This document shows, piece by piece, positions 11,883 through 24,520 of a stretch of 52,301 nucleotides of DNA. Position 1 is the stretch's first letter, and every line of letters begins with the position of its first letter. The notes beneath the pieces were generated by a model. That model saw nothing but the letters and a program-made list of their open reading frames with translations, did no database searches and was not told the origin of the DNA. Source of the stretch: Octopus bimaculoides (lineage: Eukaryota); assembly GCF_001194135.2 (NCBI RefSeq), contig NC_068983.1, forward strand, positions 156,617,462 to 156,669,762, in the 5' to 3' direction. Both the position numbers and the translations under genes were made by a program.

Positions 11883-14070
11883 TTATGAACAAATAACATA
11901 CACTAAGTAAACGCCATTAACAAAACTGGTGTAACAAATAAATATGCTATCTTTAAGGTAGCCTTTTTCATTTGAGTGTTTATGTTTGCGTGTATGCATA
12001 TATATCTGCACATGTATTCATATATATGTGCGTATGTATCAAACATATACCTAATAGAATGTGAGTGCTTAAATGCATATATCGAGGCATACTCAAAGTA
12101 TATTCACGAAAGGATACAATTACGGTGCATATTCTGCCAAAGCCTCTAGTTGAAACAAACATTGACAATGAAACTGACAAGTTGACAGAAACTGCAGAGA
12201 ATCCTATCTGTCGAACTACACACATATAGCAAACGGCCAGTTTTGTCAAAAACTGACTTCTGGCGGAGGATTACGTTTCGTGTTTGTGTCATACTCAATC
12301 GATCATACACTTAGACAACTAGTAAGTAGTTCAATTGTGTGATCATCTGGAATACACTTCATTAAAATAAATGGAAAGTCTATTCAATTTTCCTTGACGT
12401 TACATTCATTCATACATAATATCTTTATTACAATTATATAAAGGCGTTTAATTCATTAAAATTGATACATACACGTGTTAAGATAAATGGATGGACGGGT
12501 GATTAGATAGATGGATGGAGGAAAAGATGCGTATAAATAAATTTGCGTATATATGTAAGTCTGTTGCTGTTCTGTTGTGTTTATTTTCCTCATCGCATGC
12601 ATATAAATCAATATAGTGTGTCTGTTGATGTATTTTATATACTTTAATGAAACTCTGTATCAACATCCTAATTGACAGTTTTGAAAGTTGCTGATATTTA
12701 ATTAATGAGTTTTAAGAAGACCTACCCCGTGAGATTTATGTAATTATAAACTTTGACATTGAGTTTAAGGAAAAATTTAGTATGATATTTACAAATGAAG
12801 CACGATTTAAGAAAAGCTAATATTGAAGGAAAGTTTGTGTAAGGAAATCTTAGTTTAATGAAATAACAATTATGAAATGTAGCAATTATTTAATTAGTTT
12901 ACGGGAATATAACATTAAACATTAATGAAGTAAAGCAAAGCACTTAACTCTATATTCAGGAAATGAAATTTCAAATTCTTGCCACTAAGATTTTTAAATA
13001 GTATTGCGTTATTTTCCGTAAGATATTACTTAAGACGATACATATGAGTTTACTTTGTTATATTTTATGCTCTTTATTATAACTTCTTCAGAGGCTATTT
13101 CAAGTCTATTAATCCTCTTTAAAAGACTTTTATAGTAAAATGTGTCAAGACTAAGAAAGACAACTCTTCTTAGATGCTGTGGAGGTATTGTGACCTTTAT
13201 TCCAATTCTTACTAAAATTGTCTATCTATGGTCTACATACAACTAAGAAAACTTACCTTTCACTTAAATTCCTTCATAATAAATATATTACCAATAAGCT
13301 GTATCGATGATATATAAAAAGAGAAAAAATGCGTGTGTACAAACTATGGATAAAATATATAATACTTAACAATGCATAATATATAATGCTTAACATTAAT
13401 TATATCATAAGTCTGTGCTTGTGAATTATGTAACTTTATGTTAAAACATTCAGTTTATGATATTGAAGATTACAGTGGGAAAGATCCTTTCTCCAGATCC
13501 CAAAATAGTAATACAAATCAGCTGAATTCGAACTTCCATTTCAATTTTACTATAAACAATGAATTATTCCTTTTATCCCCCACTTCAAAGGAGAAGGTAT
13601 TTGAAGTCAATATGAGATATATAAATGTTATTCCGTATGAATAATACAAGAAAACCTACACCCGTTGAAATGTGCTGTCGTGCTAATAAGCTAATGTTCT
13701 ATGGAATATCACTGGCTAGGGCAACATTGTCTTTTTTTATATTCTGCTAGTATATATTACCAGCAAATTACGATATAACGAAATACAATGAAATACAATT
13801 AGTGTGCCAAAATTAGTAAAATTCTTATTCTTACTAAATTTTACTTTCAGTTTCTCATAAAGAGTAAGAAGTAGAATTTTAGTTACATTGTAAGGGAACA
13901 ATGATCAACCCATCACAACACATGCAAGATCTACTTGGTGTGTGAACTTGTCTTTTCAAGTGAAGTGTTAATATTCAAGGGGGCTCTATCATTTGATATG
14001 ATGGTCTGATATGAGCATATTTAATGTCAGTTGATTCCAACTGTGATATTTCGTGCGAATTTATAATTAT

Positions 14071-14512
14071 TCTTTTATTGTTTTACTTCTTTCAGTCATT
14101 TGACTGCGGCCATACTGGGGTACCGCCTTTAATCGAGCAATTCGTCTTATTCTTTGTAAGCCTAGTACTTATTCTATCGCTATCGTTCTTTTGCCGAACC
14201 GCCAAGTTACGGGGACGTAAACGCACCAGCATCAGTTGTCAAACGATGTTGGTGAGGACAAACACAGCTACACAAACATATACACACACACACATACATA
14301 CATGCATACACACATACATACATACATACATACATACATGCATATATACGATGAGCTTCTTTCAGATTCCGTCTACCAAATCCACTCACAAGGCTTGGTC
14401 GGCCTGAGGTTATTGTAGAAGACGATGGCTCAAGGTGCCACGCAGTGGGACGCAACTCGAAACCATGTCGTTAGGAAGCAAGCTACTTACCACACAGCCA
14501 CTCTTGTGCCTA
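14071..14512 (-). mobile_element. SINE family A, full length, with internal (CATA)/(CA) microsatellite
   Basis: Co-linear with 8821-9300. Confidence 0.92.
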
Positions 14513-14814
14513 TAGTTATGTTAAATCTTATACTTATGTTATGTTTGAGAAAGTCTGAAATTTTTAGTTAGGTCTTCATGATATCAGCGTTAACATATTA
14601 TCGAATTATTGAAAAATGCTTTGAAACAGAAATTTATGAAACATGATAGAAGATAATGATTAATTATGTTAAGTGCAAGTTACATGTTGACTAAATCAGA
14701 GTCTTGATTGGTATCATTGAAATTCTTGCAGCGTTAGAGCTGACTAGTCCTGACAGTAACTTAGTTGTAGAGGAATCTACAGAAACAATTGATGGTTATA
14801 AGGATGCTGTTGTG

Positions 14815-14895
14815 GATGGTAATGATGATGATGATGATGATGACGATGATGATGATGAGGATGATGATGAGGATGATGATGATGAGGAGGATGAT
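14815..14895. repeat. (GAT)n/(GAG) trinucleotide microsatellite
   Basis: Directly visible; produces the poly-D and poly-M ORFs in the track. Confidence 0.95.
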
Positions 14896-14931
14896 TCAGA
14901 GTCGTTTGTGTACTAATATTTCTCCACGGAA

Positions 14932-15144
14932 AGGTGGCGAGCTAGCAGAATTGTTAACGCGCCGGACAAAATGATTGCGGCATTTCGTCCGTCTTTACGC
15001 TCTAACTTCATATTCTGTCGAGGTCGACTTGGCCTTTCATCCTTCGGAATCGATAAAATAGGCACCAGTTGAGTACTGGAGTTGATGTAATCGACTTACA
15101 CTCTCCCTCGAAATTGCTGGCCTTGTGACAACATTTGAAACCAA
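14932..15144 (+). mobile_element. SINE family C (degenerate tRNA-like head), with target-site duplication
   Basis: Head GGTGGCGAGCTAGCAGAA and body GTCGACTTGGCCTTTCATCCTTCGGAATCGATAAAAT. Flanked by AATATTTCTCCACGGA (14915-14930) and AATATCTCTCCACGAA (15145-15160), 14/16 identical. Confidence 0.85.
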
Positions 15145-15545
15145 AATATCTCTCCACGAAACTATAAGCCCGTTACTCTCTATCCATTTATATTCTACTT
15201 AACCCTTGTTAATCATTGTCCAGTTGACTAAATCTGTTAATTATCTCTTCGTTTCAATTTTAAAGTGTTGAATGCTGTGACACGCCACTATCATGACCAT
15301 ACGTCAGTTAAATTTGATATAATGATAAGAAACTGGAATGGAAAAGAGCTATAGTCTTAAACACAATAATTGCAGTAAAGGTAATATGCTGCAAGTAGTA
15401 TTTAACGTGTTATTTCACTTAGGTAATTTAATTTGTTTTCTAATACACACATGAAGTGAGTTAATAATACAATGTGATTCCAATTTCATATTTTGATATC
15501 AAACCATATTAACAACAAGGTTCAATTCTGCTACCTAGGTTTTTT

Positions 15546-15601
15546 TGTGCATTTAGTCAATTCGGACCTATCATGTGCATTTAGTCAATTCGGACCTATC
15601 A
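15546..15601. repeat. Perfect 28-bp tandem duplication
   Basis: TGTGCATTTAGTCAATTCGGACCTATCA twice. Confidence 0.97.
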
Positions 15602-17242
15602 CGGAGTCTCTGTCAATGGTCTGATTTTCTATCCTTCTTTCTCTGACTAGGGATAAACAAATAATGATCTACATGACAACGGGGACAACTTCAATGCATC
15701 ACTCAATCTGCTCGTAATACTAACCAAATCTCTTTAAGATCACAACCGGTCTGCACAGAGGGAAAAAATTGGGATGTTCATGAGTAGAATTTTTTTAGTT
15801 GTAGGACTAATTGATAAGAGAAATCATGGAAGAAAACGATAACAGGAAGAAAATATTATAAACATGTCAGTATTTTATTCAATAAACCCATCTTATTCCA
15901 TCTGACTCACACCTGCACAGATACACGCACAGTGTTCATACAAATATTATTGTGAGTAATGTCGAGAGACACTGATAATCAAAATATTAGCTAATTTAGC
16001 CAGAATCATTCAATCCACAGACACTCTTGTTTATGTAGATTACTTTTGAAAGACATCCTCAATTTCAACGCAATATGATGGAGCGTATATCAGATTTTGC
16101 AGCATTATTTTGTCTTTCCAATATATAACGCTGAAATTTCTATCTCAGGATAAGAAGAGCCATCTTACTGCTATTGTTTTCTGTTGTAACATTGAAGTCA
16201 AGGAGATTACGCTAACTTATCAGTTAGTCAGTAGTAAGTTGTATCAAATTTACAATTATATTGCTGCGTAATTCACAATAAAGTGTGTTTGGTGAAAACA
16301 CTGTGCAGTACTGATAACAAGACGCATAGAGTTAATTCTTTGGCTTCTAAGCCGGAGTTTAAATGACACAGCTAACTGTACCTCTCATCTATTAAATCGA
16401 AACGTATTAATCCTTTAAGATCCAGCTATTATAAATTAATCATTACATTTAACTGATTTATTTGTTAGGGAAAGAGTGTGCAACAACTGAAAAGTTGCCA
16501 ATTAGTTAATGAGCTGTTCTAATACGGTGGACAGAGTGAAACATAGATTGATACTATTACACACAGGAGTTCAATGATTGTATAATTACAATGTGCACAC
16601 ACGCCTGAAGATATATATATAAAAATGCACACACATACACATTTATATATATATATATATATACATAGATATTAACACACACATACACACACGCACTTAT
16701 ACGTGTGTACGTGCGTGTGCTTGTGTGTGTCTGTGTGTGTGCAAATAACCGCGCTGAAAATCGACGAAACCACCTACCATAAAAACTGATAGCAACATAG
16801 TTTTTCAATTCTTACCTTTTCTAAAATATTCAGGTTTAAAAATTGCTGAATAGGAATCAAATTCCATCAACAATTTCCCGCCTCTGTTAGCCGTTTATTT
16901 TCATCTACAAACATCCTGTTACGAATCCTGAGACATGACAACAGCCAATTTTTTTTAACTTCTGATAACCTGCATTTAACCTGTCTAAACATCAACATAG
17001 AAAACTATTTCCACTGTTGACCGAACTCTAAACAATAAGATACTTCCCGCTTTAAACAAAAAATCTTCCAATAGTATCTTTCTGTCAACACAGACTTTAC
17101 AAACCTAGTTTTTCCCTAGCCTTTCTGTTCTCTCCGTATACATCTACTTTCTATGGGTACACACACCAATCCTAATTATCAAATAACATAGCTCTACCTA
17201 TCCCAGAAACTAGATAAAGCTAGAAGGAAACCGAATTCAATA

Positions 17243-17273
17243 CAGATGAAGGCCTGCAGGCCGAAATGCTGTC
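17243..17273 (+). ncRNA. Degenerate hammerhead-ribozyme-like motif
   Basis: CAGATGA-A-[GGCC TGCA GGCC]-GAAA-TGCTGTC. The core differs from CUGAUGA at one position and stem I is not evident. Confidence 0.4.
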
Positions 17274-17339
17274 ATCACTGTCACAGCTCTTCTCGTATAA
17301 GGTGACTACTCCAAGCTAAACTGTAAAGTTGACCTGCTC

Positions 17340-17780
17340 ACCTGCAAGGTGATCCCGTAAAACCACAGGACTTCTCGGCCTAGAGACGTTCCTAGTATTA
17401 TCCTCTACTCCCCTACCTTCGCCCGTCTTCACCTTGAATACTGTTAGCGCTGCGATCTCCCAACATGAAACAACATATAAAAATTGAAGCACCTCCAAAA
17501 TCAACCACAAAAATAAAGATGACATGACAGGTCTAGATTATTGGGATTGGCTCAAGAAGCTCAAACTTCATTCTCTCCAACGCGCTGTGAAAGCTGTAAC
17601 ATTTGTATGATGTGAAAACTATTCCAACAGCATTGTCCATATGATACAGGCATCACCTTTAAAAGTTATCCAAGCCTTGCTCCCCGTGTCATTCGTCCTA
17701 TACTAAAATCATGCCCACGTCACATCACAACAGAAAGACAGAACCATTTCACCTCAACTGGTTCTGCTCTCTTTAACATC
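17340..17780 (+). mobile_element. CR1-type LINE ORF2 3' fragment, decayed
   Basis: ILYSPTFARLHLEYC, LDYWDWLKKLKLHSLQR and TERQNHFTSTGSALFNI resemble CR1-group RT C-terminal motifs. Confidence 0.75.
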
Positions 17781-17869
17781 AAATCAAATTTATTGGCAGG
17801 AGAAGAGCACAATGTGCTTAAACCATGTAAAAAAAAAAATAAAACAGCTATTGTTATATAGTTTTATAC

Positions 17870-18530
17870 AGTCGCCACATTTGTCTAGATCCTCTTTGAA
17901 CAAGGGAGTGGGTGGCAGTTTAATGACATCTTGTGATAGCTTGTTCCACGGGGCTGCGATACGGACGGAGAATGCGGCCTTCCGCCTTTTGAGTCGAAAG
18001 TGTCGAGGATAAACTTTGCGATCATGCCCACGAAAACCCCTATCCGGCGCAGGGGTGAAAAAACTCCGCAAATGGTTGAAGATGTTGAAAGCCAGGATGG
18101 GATCTCCCCGCATCCTCCGTCGATCGAGTGAAGATGATACCAACCGTTGGAGATGTTCCTCATATGTAAGCTTAGACAAACCGCGACCATTCGGGTGGCT
18201 AAGCGCTAAACCCGTTCCAGGTGCTGAATGTCTTTCTGGAGATATAGATTTGAGGCCTGGATCTAATATTCGAAGAACTAGAGTGACGTAAAGGCTTAAA
18301 GACGTCCATTGAAAGATTGACAAAGGACCAGCGGAGAGGAAAAGATTCCTTCTGGCTTTGTTCGCCACCTGGATACACTGCCGTGTTGGTTTGAAAGTGC
18401 TATCGATCATTATGACGAGATCCTTTTCTTCAGTAACCATCTTAAGATGTTGGTGTTTGAGGCCAATAGGCAAGGGAGAGTTTGGAGGTGAACCTATTGG
18501 CAAATAGCTACCTTTTGAGGCGTTCAAGGG
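17870..18530 (-). mobile_element. CR1-type LINE ORF2 3' fragment (RT C-terminus)
   Basis: EKDLVIMIDSTFKPTRQCIQVANKARR, LTYEEHLQRL..SSLDRRRMRGD, RGHDRK, RKAAFSVRIAAPWNKL and FKEDLD. Confidence 0.92.
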
Positions 18531-18869
18531 TTAGATACCATTCTTCCGCCCAAGGCATGGGGGGAGGAGATCACATAAGATTCAAATATTTCCTCGATGA
18601 ATATCTCTAACAAATTTCAAATAAACCAACAACACTCGGATGTATTTCTGAAAACAATAAATCTTTATTTAGACAGGCTATGGTGTAAAAATGATTGTAG
18701 TATGAAACATCATTAAAAGTCATTTCCAGGTTGTGCTATGAAATTAGTCATGGTCGTGACCAATTCTGGCCGAGACACGAATGAGTGGACACACGAAAGA
18801 AAAGGAGCAATCTACGTATTTATTAAGAGTTGCATATATTATTATTCAAAGCAATTTGATTTAGCTCCA

Positions 18870-19972
18870 AGCAGACGTCCGAAAATGTCATCACGGTATT
18901 ACCTACCGATGAGACATGACATTGCAGCTAGAGGACAAAGAAATAAGAACCTACAATATAGTGGAAGCCACTGCCACTCATAATAGAAAGGAATACTGGT
19001 GGAATGTACCAGTGGATACCTCAATAAAATGTTAACACAGCAGAACTGATATAATGATATGGGATAGAGAAGAGAAATTGTGTACAATTGTGGAAATTAG
19101 CCGCCCAGCGGATGTTAACGTGAAGCTGAAGATCAGTAAAAAAGAGAACACCGACGCTGAACTATTGAGAAATCTGCAGTTACTCTATCCAGATTACAAG
19201 TTCAGGTTTATACCTGTAATTATTGCAGCCCCGGGATATGTAACACACTGCATAAATTCCAATCTTGAGAAATTTGGCTTCTCAGAACCAGAAATGAGAA
19301 AGCTAATTCGAAGACTACAGATCCAATCCATCACTGGAGCTGTAAAGGTCTGTAAAACTTCCTAGAAGTTTATCATTTAGATATATATGAGAATGTCTAA
19401 ATATAGAACTATATGCATGGGAATACATATATAAAACATACAAATCTGCACATACATACATACATACATACATACATAAAACATACAAATCTGCACATAC
19501 ATACATACATACATACATAAAACATACAAATCTGCACATACATACATACATACANNNNNNNNNNNNNNNNNNNNNNNNNNNNNNNNNNNNNNNNNNNNNN
19601 NNNNNNNNNNNNNNNNNNNNNNNNNNNNNNNNNNNNNNNNNNNNNNNNNNNNNNNNNNNNNNNNNNNNNNNNNNNNNNNNNNNNNNNNNNNNNNNNNNNN
19701 NNNNNNNNNNNNNNNNNNNNNNNNNNNNNNNNNNNNNNNNNNNNNNNNNNNNNNNNNNNNNNNNNNNNNNNNNNNNNNNNNNNNNNNNNNNNNNNNNNNN
19801 NNNNNNNNNNNNNNNNNACATACATACATACATACATACATACATACATACATACATACAAACAAAACTACCCTGTTGTTGATGTTGAAATTCCAATGAA
19901 GGAGCCTTGGATCTAGGTTAGAAACCGGTTCTTTCTCTATTGGCAAGAAATCTTGAAATAAACTGAATAATG
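18870..19972 (+). mobile_element. R4/Dong-type non-LTR retrotransposon 3' end (restriction-like endonuclease) with probable 3' UTR
   Basis: PKMSSRYYLPMRHD (end of the CCHC region), KEYWWNVPV, DIMIWDREEKLCTIVEISRPADVN, FIPVIIAAPGYV and LQIQSITGAVKVCK. Followed by a CATA-containing tail and a unique 110-bp segment at 19862-19972. Confidence 0.85.
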
Positions 19973-20170
19973 ACATACATACATACATACATACATGCAT
20001 ACATACATACATACATACACACACACATACATACATACGTACATACATACGTACATACATACGTATATACATACGTATATACATACGTACATACATACGT
20101 ATATACATACGTACATACGTACGTACATACATACATACATACATACATGGATGGATGGATGGATGGATGG
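19973..20170. repeat. (CATA)n/(CGTA) array followed by (GATG)n
   Basis: Directly visible. Confidence 0.95.
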
Positions 20171-20799
20171 ATATTTTTAGAAATCAGTAACGATTTAGTA
20201 AGGCGTATACATTTGAATTTAACAAGGGAAAAGTATTCTTCCCTGCAATGATTGTTCCGAATTTATTCTTCATGTAGGTTTTGTGCTTAGAAATGCATTT
20301 AGTCCATGAATGACATCATCAGAAAGCAGGCAAGCATTTCTACGTAGTTACGCTTCAGTCGTTTATAGCCTAATGGAAGCTGCCGTGTTATATGAACACA
20401 ACAATAGATATATTTGCTGACGCATGCAAAGCTTAGTGGAGCTGGAATTAATTAATTCCAAGCTGAAATTAATGTATTATAAACAACGTTTTCAATTAAA
20501 ATGAAAGATAACAACGCAGTAACACTTGTCTAGCAGTATAATGACGTCATTCAGAGATCAGCTCAGTTTTTATACACCTAATCTAGAAGGAGAATCTTTT
20601 CCGGGATTATTATCACAGCGAAGAATGTCTTCCCAGTTTGAAAGTCTACGAGCGTATTAAGTATAACTCTACAGAGATTTATATTTATATATTTTGATTG
20701 ATAGACAGACAGACAGACGGACGGGTTGATGGATCGTTATATTTTCGGAACGAATACTAATCTTTAGAGAAGAATTGAATTTATTATGTGTGGTTGAAA

Positions 20800-21260
20800 C
20801 TATACGCATACGATAAAGTGAAAAGAAAACCAAATGTGGACAGCGACTTTTATTGACCCTCTCAAAACCACACTGCAGCTCTTATGGCTGAAACACTTTT
20901 CACTCAAATGTTTCACCTTTTGTAGCTGTATGTTAATAGGCACGTATCTGTTTTGCTTTCCAATGAACTCCAAACATGTCTGCAAATAACTATTATGAAA
21001 TATTTTCTACTCGATTTATATATATATATATTCAAATGAATCAAAAGAGTAGCGATGAACTCGTTTTCTGACATAAATCTAAAAGTTCTGAAGAACGGAT
21101 TTTGAAAAAGTCTAAAGAAGAAATGATATGCCACCGATGTTCGAAAGGATAAAACTGCTTCTAAAAACAAAATATGGCATTCAAGTAACAAAACAACCCC
21201 CATACTTAGTTTTGCAGATTGTTCTATCGCTTTCAACAGCAGTAAAACTTCAAGATTCAA
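20800..21260 (+). mobile_element. Decayed Penelope-like RT C-terminal fragment
   Basis: KRKPNVDSDFY*PSQNH and NQKSSDELVF*HKSKSSEERILKKS resemble YRKPN...SNHPP and LSSxExxF...ALxxS. Confidence 0.5.
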
Positions 21261-21299
21261 AGTTAATGATAATTACTGGTATTCAGTAATAAAATGCGA

Positions 21300-22000
21300 C
21301 CGGAGTTGCTGAGGGCCCATAATGCAAGAATATAGTTTAGTTTTTACTGCATCTAGTTCTGTAATTGTCCTCTACTCCGTAAAAAGCAATCTTGTTAGTC
21401 AGTTCGATTTTAGCGAAAACAATTTTCCGTATATAATGGAATCACTTTATTCTTGTAAAATTTTCTTTTTCTCAAATTTTACTTTGGAATCAGAGGAGAG
21501 ACAAAATGGTTATGCAATGTTGCTGGTAGCCATGGTGTTATGATGACAAACAGCTATTTGTAGAAGTTTTTGTGGCACCATGATCATTGGTCAATGATTC
21601 AATGAATGATTCTCTTTTAACTAATATCCTAAGCTGGGTAATATTTTGAAGAGGATCCGTCTATAATGGACTCAGTTTTCTGTGATATATCATACGGAAA
21701 GGAAATCTTTACTGTTTCCCCAACAACGTCATATATCAATAGACAACGCATCCAAAGTGTCTGGTATTGATATCCGTTAAGTAAAATGTATGTCAAGTAA
21801 TTTTTTGTTTTAAATAGATTTATTAAAGAGCTCTTCACTGCGAAACAGACGAATTAGATGCTTTGAATTAATTGCTTGGAATATATTGAACTGACAAATA
21901 TTTCTTTCAGTATATTTCAGATAACGTAAAGATTTCCGATGACAATATGACAAAACACTATCGAAGATCTACTAAAAATATTAGCCGAAGGAATATAGAA
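21300..22000 (-). mobile_element. Decayed Penelope-like linker and GIY-YIG fragment
   Basis: LSSEIF, GETVKISFPYDISQKTESII (compare NTVKISYS...NxxSII) and IVFAKIELTNKIAFYGVEDNYRTR (compare VIYxAxV...YIGxTExxFKxR). Confidence 0.55.
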
Positions 22001-23044
22001 AATAGTCACTTAACAAAGCCACCAAAGATAGTGAAATTGAAACGATACGTTAATGAACCCTTTAATCTTAGTTAAGAAATCGTCTATATGCAATTATTTA
22101 TCACATACTACCAATCACAGTTAATGTAATACAGGCAGCAGATAATTTGACCGGGATCTTATTGAGTGAGTTAGTAGCAACTTCCAGAATAACTATTAAA
22201 ACATAAATAAGGTTTCACATCGAAAAACGTTTCATCTTTAGTGTCTATTGAGATTTTCATCACGAAAAAGCCTCTAACAGGTTTCTTCTATTCATCTGTC
22301 TAACCATCATCCACTTAAGATTATTGATTGCAAAATATAAAACGTACATTTATAACAGCATCTACCTCCATGCCATCAGAAGACTTACACAGCAGTCGTT
22401 TATGTACACGCAACTGTATACATATAAATATATTATGATTTTTCTGTCTATGGATGCGTGGGTACTTGTATATTCTACTTCCTTGCAGTGTATATCCATG
22501 CATACATACATATGTGTGTGTGTGCGTTGAGTGTGTGTGTGTCTGCGCGCGTATATTTACGTATATGTATATATCTATGTATATACATATGCATGCATGT
22601 ATATATATATATATATATATATATNNNNNNNNNNNNNNNNNNNNNNNNNNNNNNNNNNNNNNNNNNNNNNNNNNNNNNNNNNNNNNNNNNNNNNNNNNNN
22701 NNNNNNNNNNNNNNNNNNNNNNNNNNNNNNNNNNNNNNNNNNNNNNNNNNNNNNNNNNNNNNNNNNNNNNNNNNNNNNNNNNNNNNNNNNNNNNNNNNNN
22801 NNNNNNNNNNNNNNNNNNNNNNNNNNNNNNNNNNNNNNNNNNNNNNNNNNNNNNNNNNNNNNNNNNNNNNNNNNNNNNNNNNNNNNNNNNNNNNNNNNNN
22901 NNNNNNNNNNNNNNNNNNNNNNNNNNNNNNNNNNNNNNNNNNNNNNNNNNNNNNNNNNNNNNNNNNNNNNNNNNNNNNNNNNNNNNNNNNNNNNNNNCAT
23001 ATATATATATATATATACAGATAGATATTTATATATGTGTATGT

Positions 23045-23084
<40 letters not shown>

Positions 23085-23989
23085 ACATATATATATGTGT
23101 ATATATGAATATATATCTATATATATGTGTGTATATATATGTATATAGTTATACATGTATATGTATATATGTGTGTATATACATATGTATATGGGTGTGC
23201 GTGTCTGTGTATGCTGGCACGTGTGTGCATGTGTAAGGGCGCGTCTGTGCATGTAATTACGCATAGACACATATGCACATATATATAATATAAATATACA
23301 TACATACATATACATATATGAGAATTCACCGCTGCTTCTGGTACTTAAATAATCACCAGTACTATCGATTCCAGTTGCAAATTCTTTTGATATTCTAGAG
23401 TGGTGTAATCAATGAAATCTACCTACTTATATGTTTACATTTTTAGAATTATCAAGGAGACTGTTACGCGGTCAGTTTGCATACCAGTCACAACAACTGC
23501 AAATCAAAACCTACCGACTTGAATGAGAGATAGACTGTCAGGTAGTGTCGTCCGCCATGTACTTTGTCTGGATACACAATGAAACCTTTCAATAAATGTC
23601 TCATACCGAGTATTTTCTTTATTTGGGGTTACATATACATTTTAATTACAGAGGTGAAGGTGCAGTATGACTAAATGTTTAAGAGATTTTCTTTCCCAAA
23701 CTTTTCCAGGCTGCCGCACCCTTGGCACCCAGGTCATATTCCTAGCACCCCCTCACACTCCTTACCACAAATATAGACTGCTTTCTGCAGGAAATTCAAA
23801 ACAACTGTATTTCACAAATAAAACTTAAACCTAATTAACTTATTAATATTTTTTACAACTATCACCCCATTTTGGTCACCCCATTATCATCCCACTTTCC
23901 TGCAACCTACCCCCTGGATCTTTCCACCGCCCCCAAGAAGGCATTACTACCCGCTTTTGGAACCACCTCCTAGCCCATACCTTTGCATT

Positions 23990-24270
23990 AGTGAAATTGA
24001 GTAACATTGAGTGAAAATGAAATTGTATAGATGCTCGTTGATCTGACCGTGTATGTATTTGAGAAGTACAGCTTTGTTACACATTGTGAGGAGCCACTTC
24101 CATCTGCGATTGGCATGAAGTTCACAAGTGCCAGCGGAATGTTTAACCGCTTGCATCTTAATTCTGAAGTAAGTAAATCAGTTCTTCAAACATCTGAATC
24201 CTCGCCGTCCAGTGAAGAGATCAACTCAGTTAAAGAGGTAAATGTTTGGTCATTTAACACCTGGAACTAT
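23990..24270 (-). mobile_element. Possible hAT (Charlie/SPIN-like) transposase fragment
   Basis: Minus frames TSLTELISSLDGEDSDV, FRIKMQAV and QINEHLYNF loosely resemble LNxLNxxLQG...FxxKL...IxxHLxxL. Confidence 0.3.
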
Positions 24271-24306
24271 TTTTTTTTTATATTTAGTCTAATAGTCAGT
24301 CATAAA

Positions 24307-24520
24307 GATGGCGAGCTGGAAGAATCGTCACCGTGCCAGAGAAAATGCTTAGCGGCATTTAGTCCGTCTTTAAATTCTGAATTAGAATTTCGCCGAAGCG
24401 GACTTCGCCTTTTATTCTGTCAGGATCAGTAAAATAATTACAGGTTGATCACTAGGGTCCGTCCAATCGACTTATCCCCTCCCCTAAAATTGCTGACTTT
24501 GTGCCGAAATTTGAAACCAA
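24307..24520 (+). mobile_element. SINE family C, diverged copy
   Basis: GATGGCGAGCTGGAAGAATCG...AATCGACTTATCCCC...AATTGCTGACTTTGTGCCGAAATTTGAAACC, co-linear with 14932-15144. Confidence 0.8.

Noticed and set aside
14704-14916. Acidic poly-Asp ORF as a host exon
   Set aside because: A plausible acceptor exists (TTCTTGCAG), but there is no convincing donor or homology and it is explained by a (GAT)n microsatellite.
17790-18527. 245-aa ORF as an intact or domesticated RT
   Set aside because: The middle is out of frame with the CR1 consensus. The shifted frame reads LQKDIQHLERV*RLATRMV, so these are compensating frameshifts in a dead copy.
24031-24168. Plus-strand 138-nt exon candidate with a GAA|GTAAGT donor; similar candidates at 26390-26466, 35450-35521, 37729-37814, 38548-38625 and a minus-strand 88-nt intron near 43415-43502
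   Set aside because: They do not chain into a recognisable protein and most overlap probable transposon fossils. RNA-seq would be needed to support any of them.
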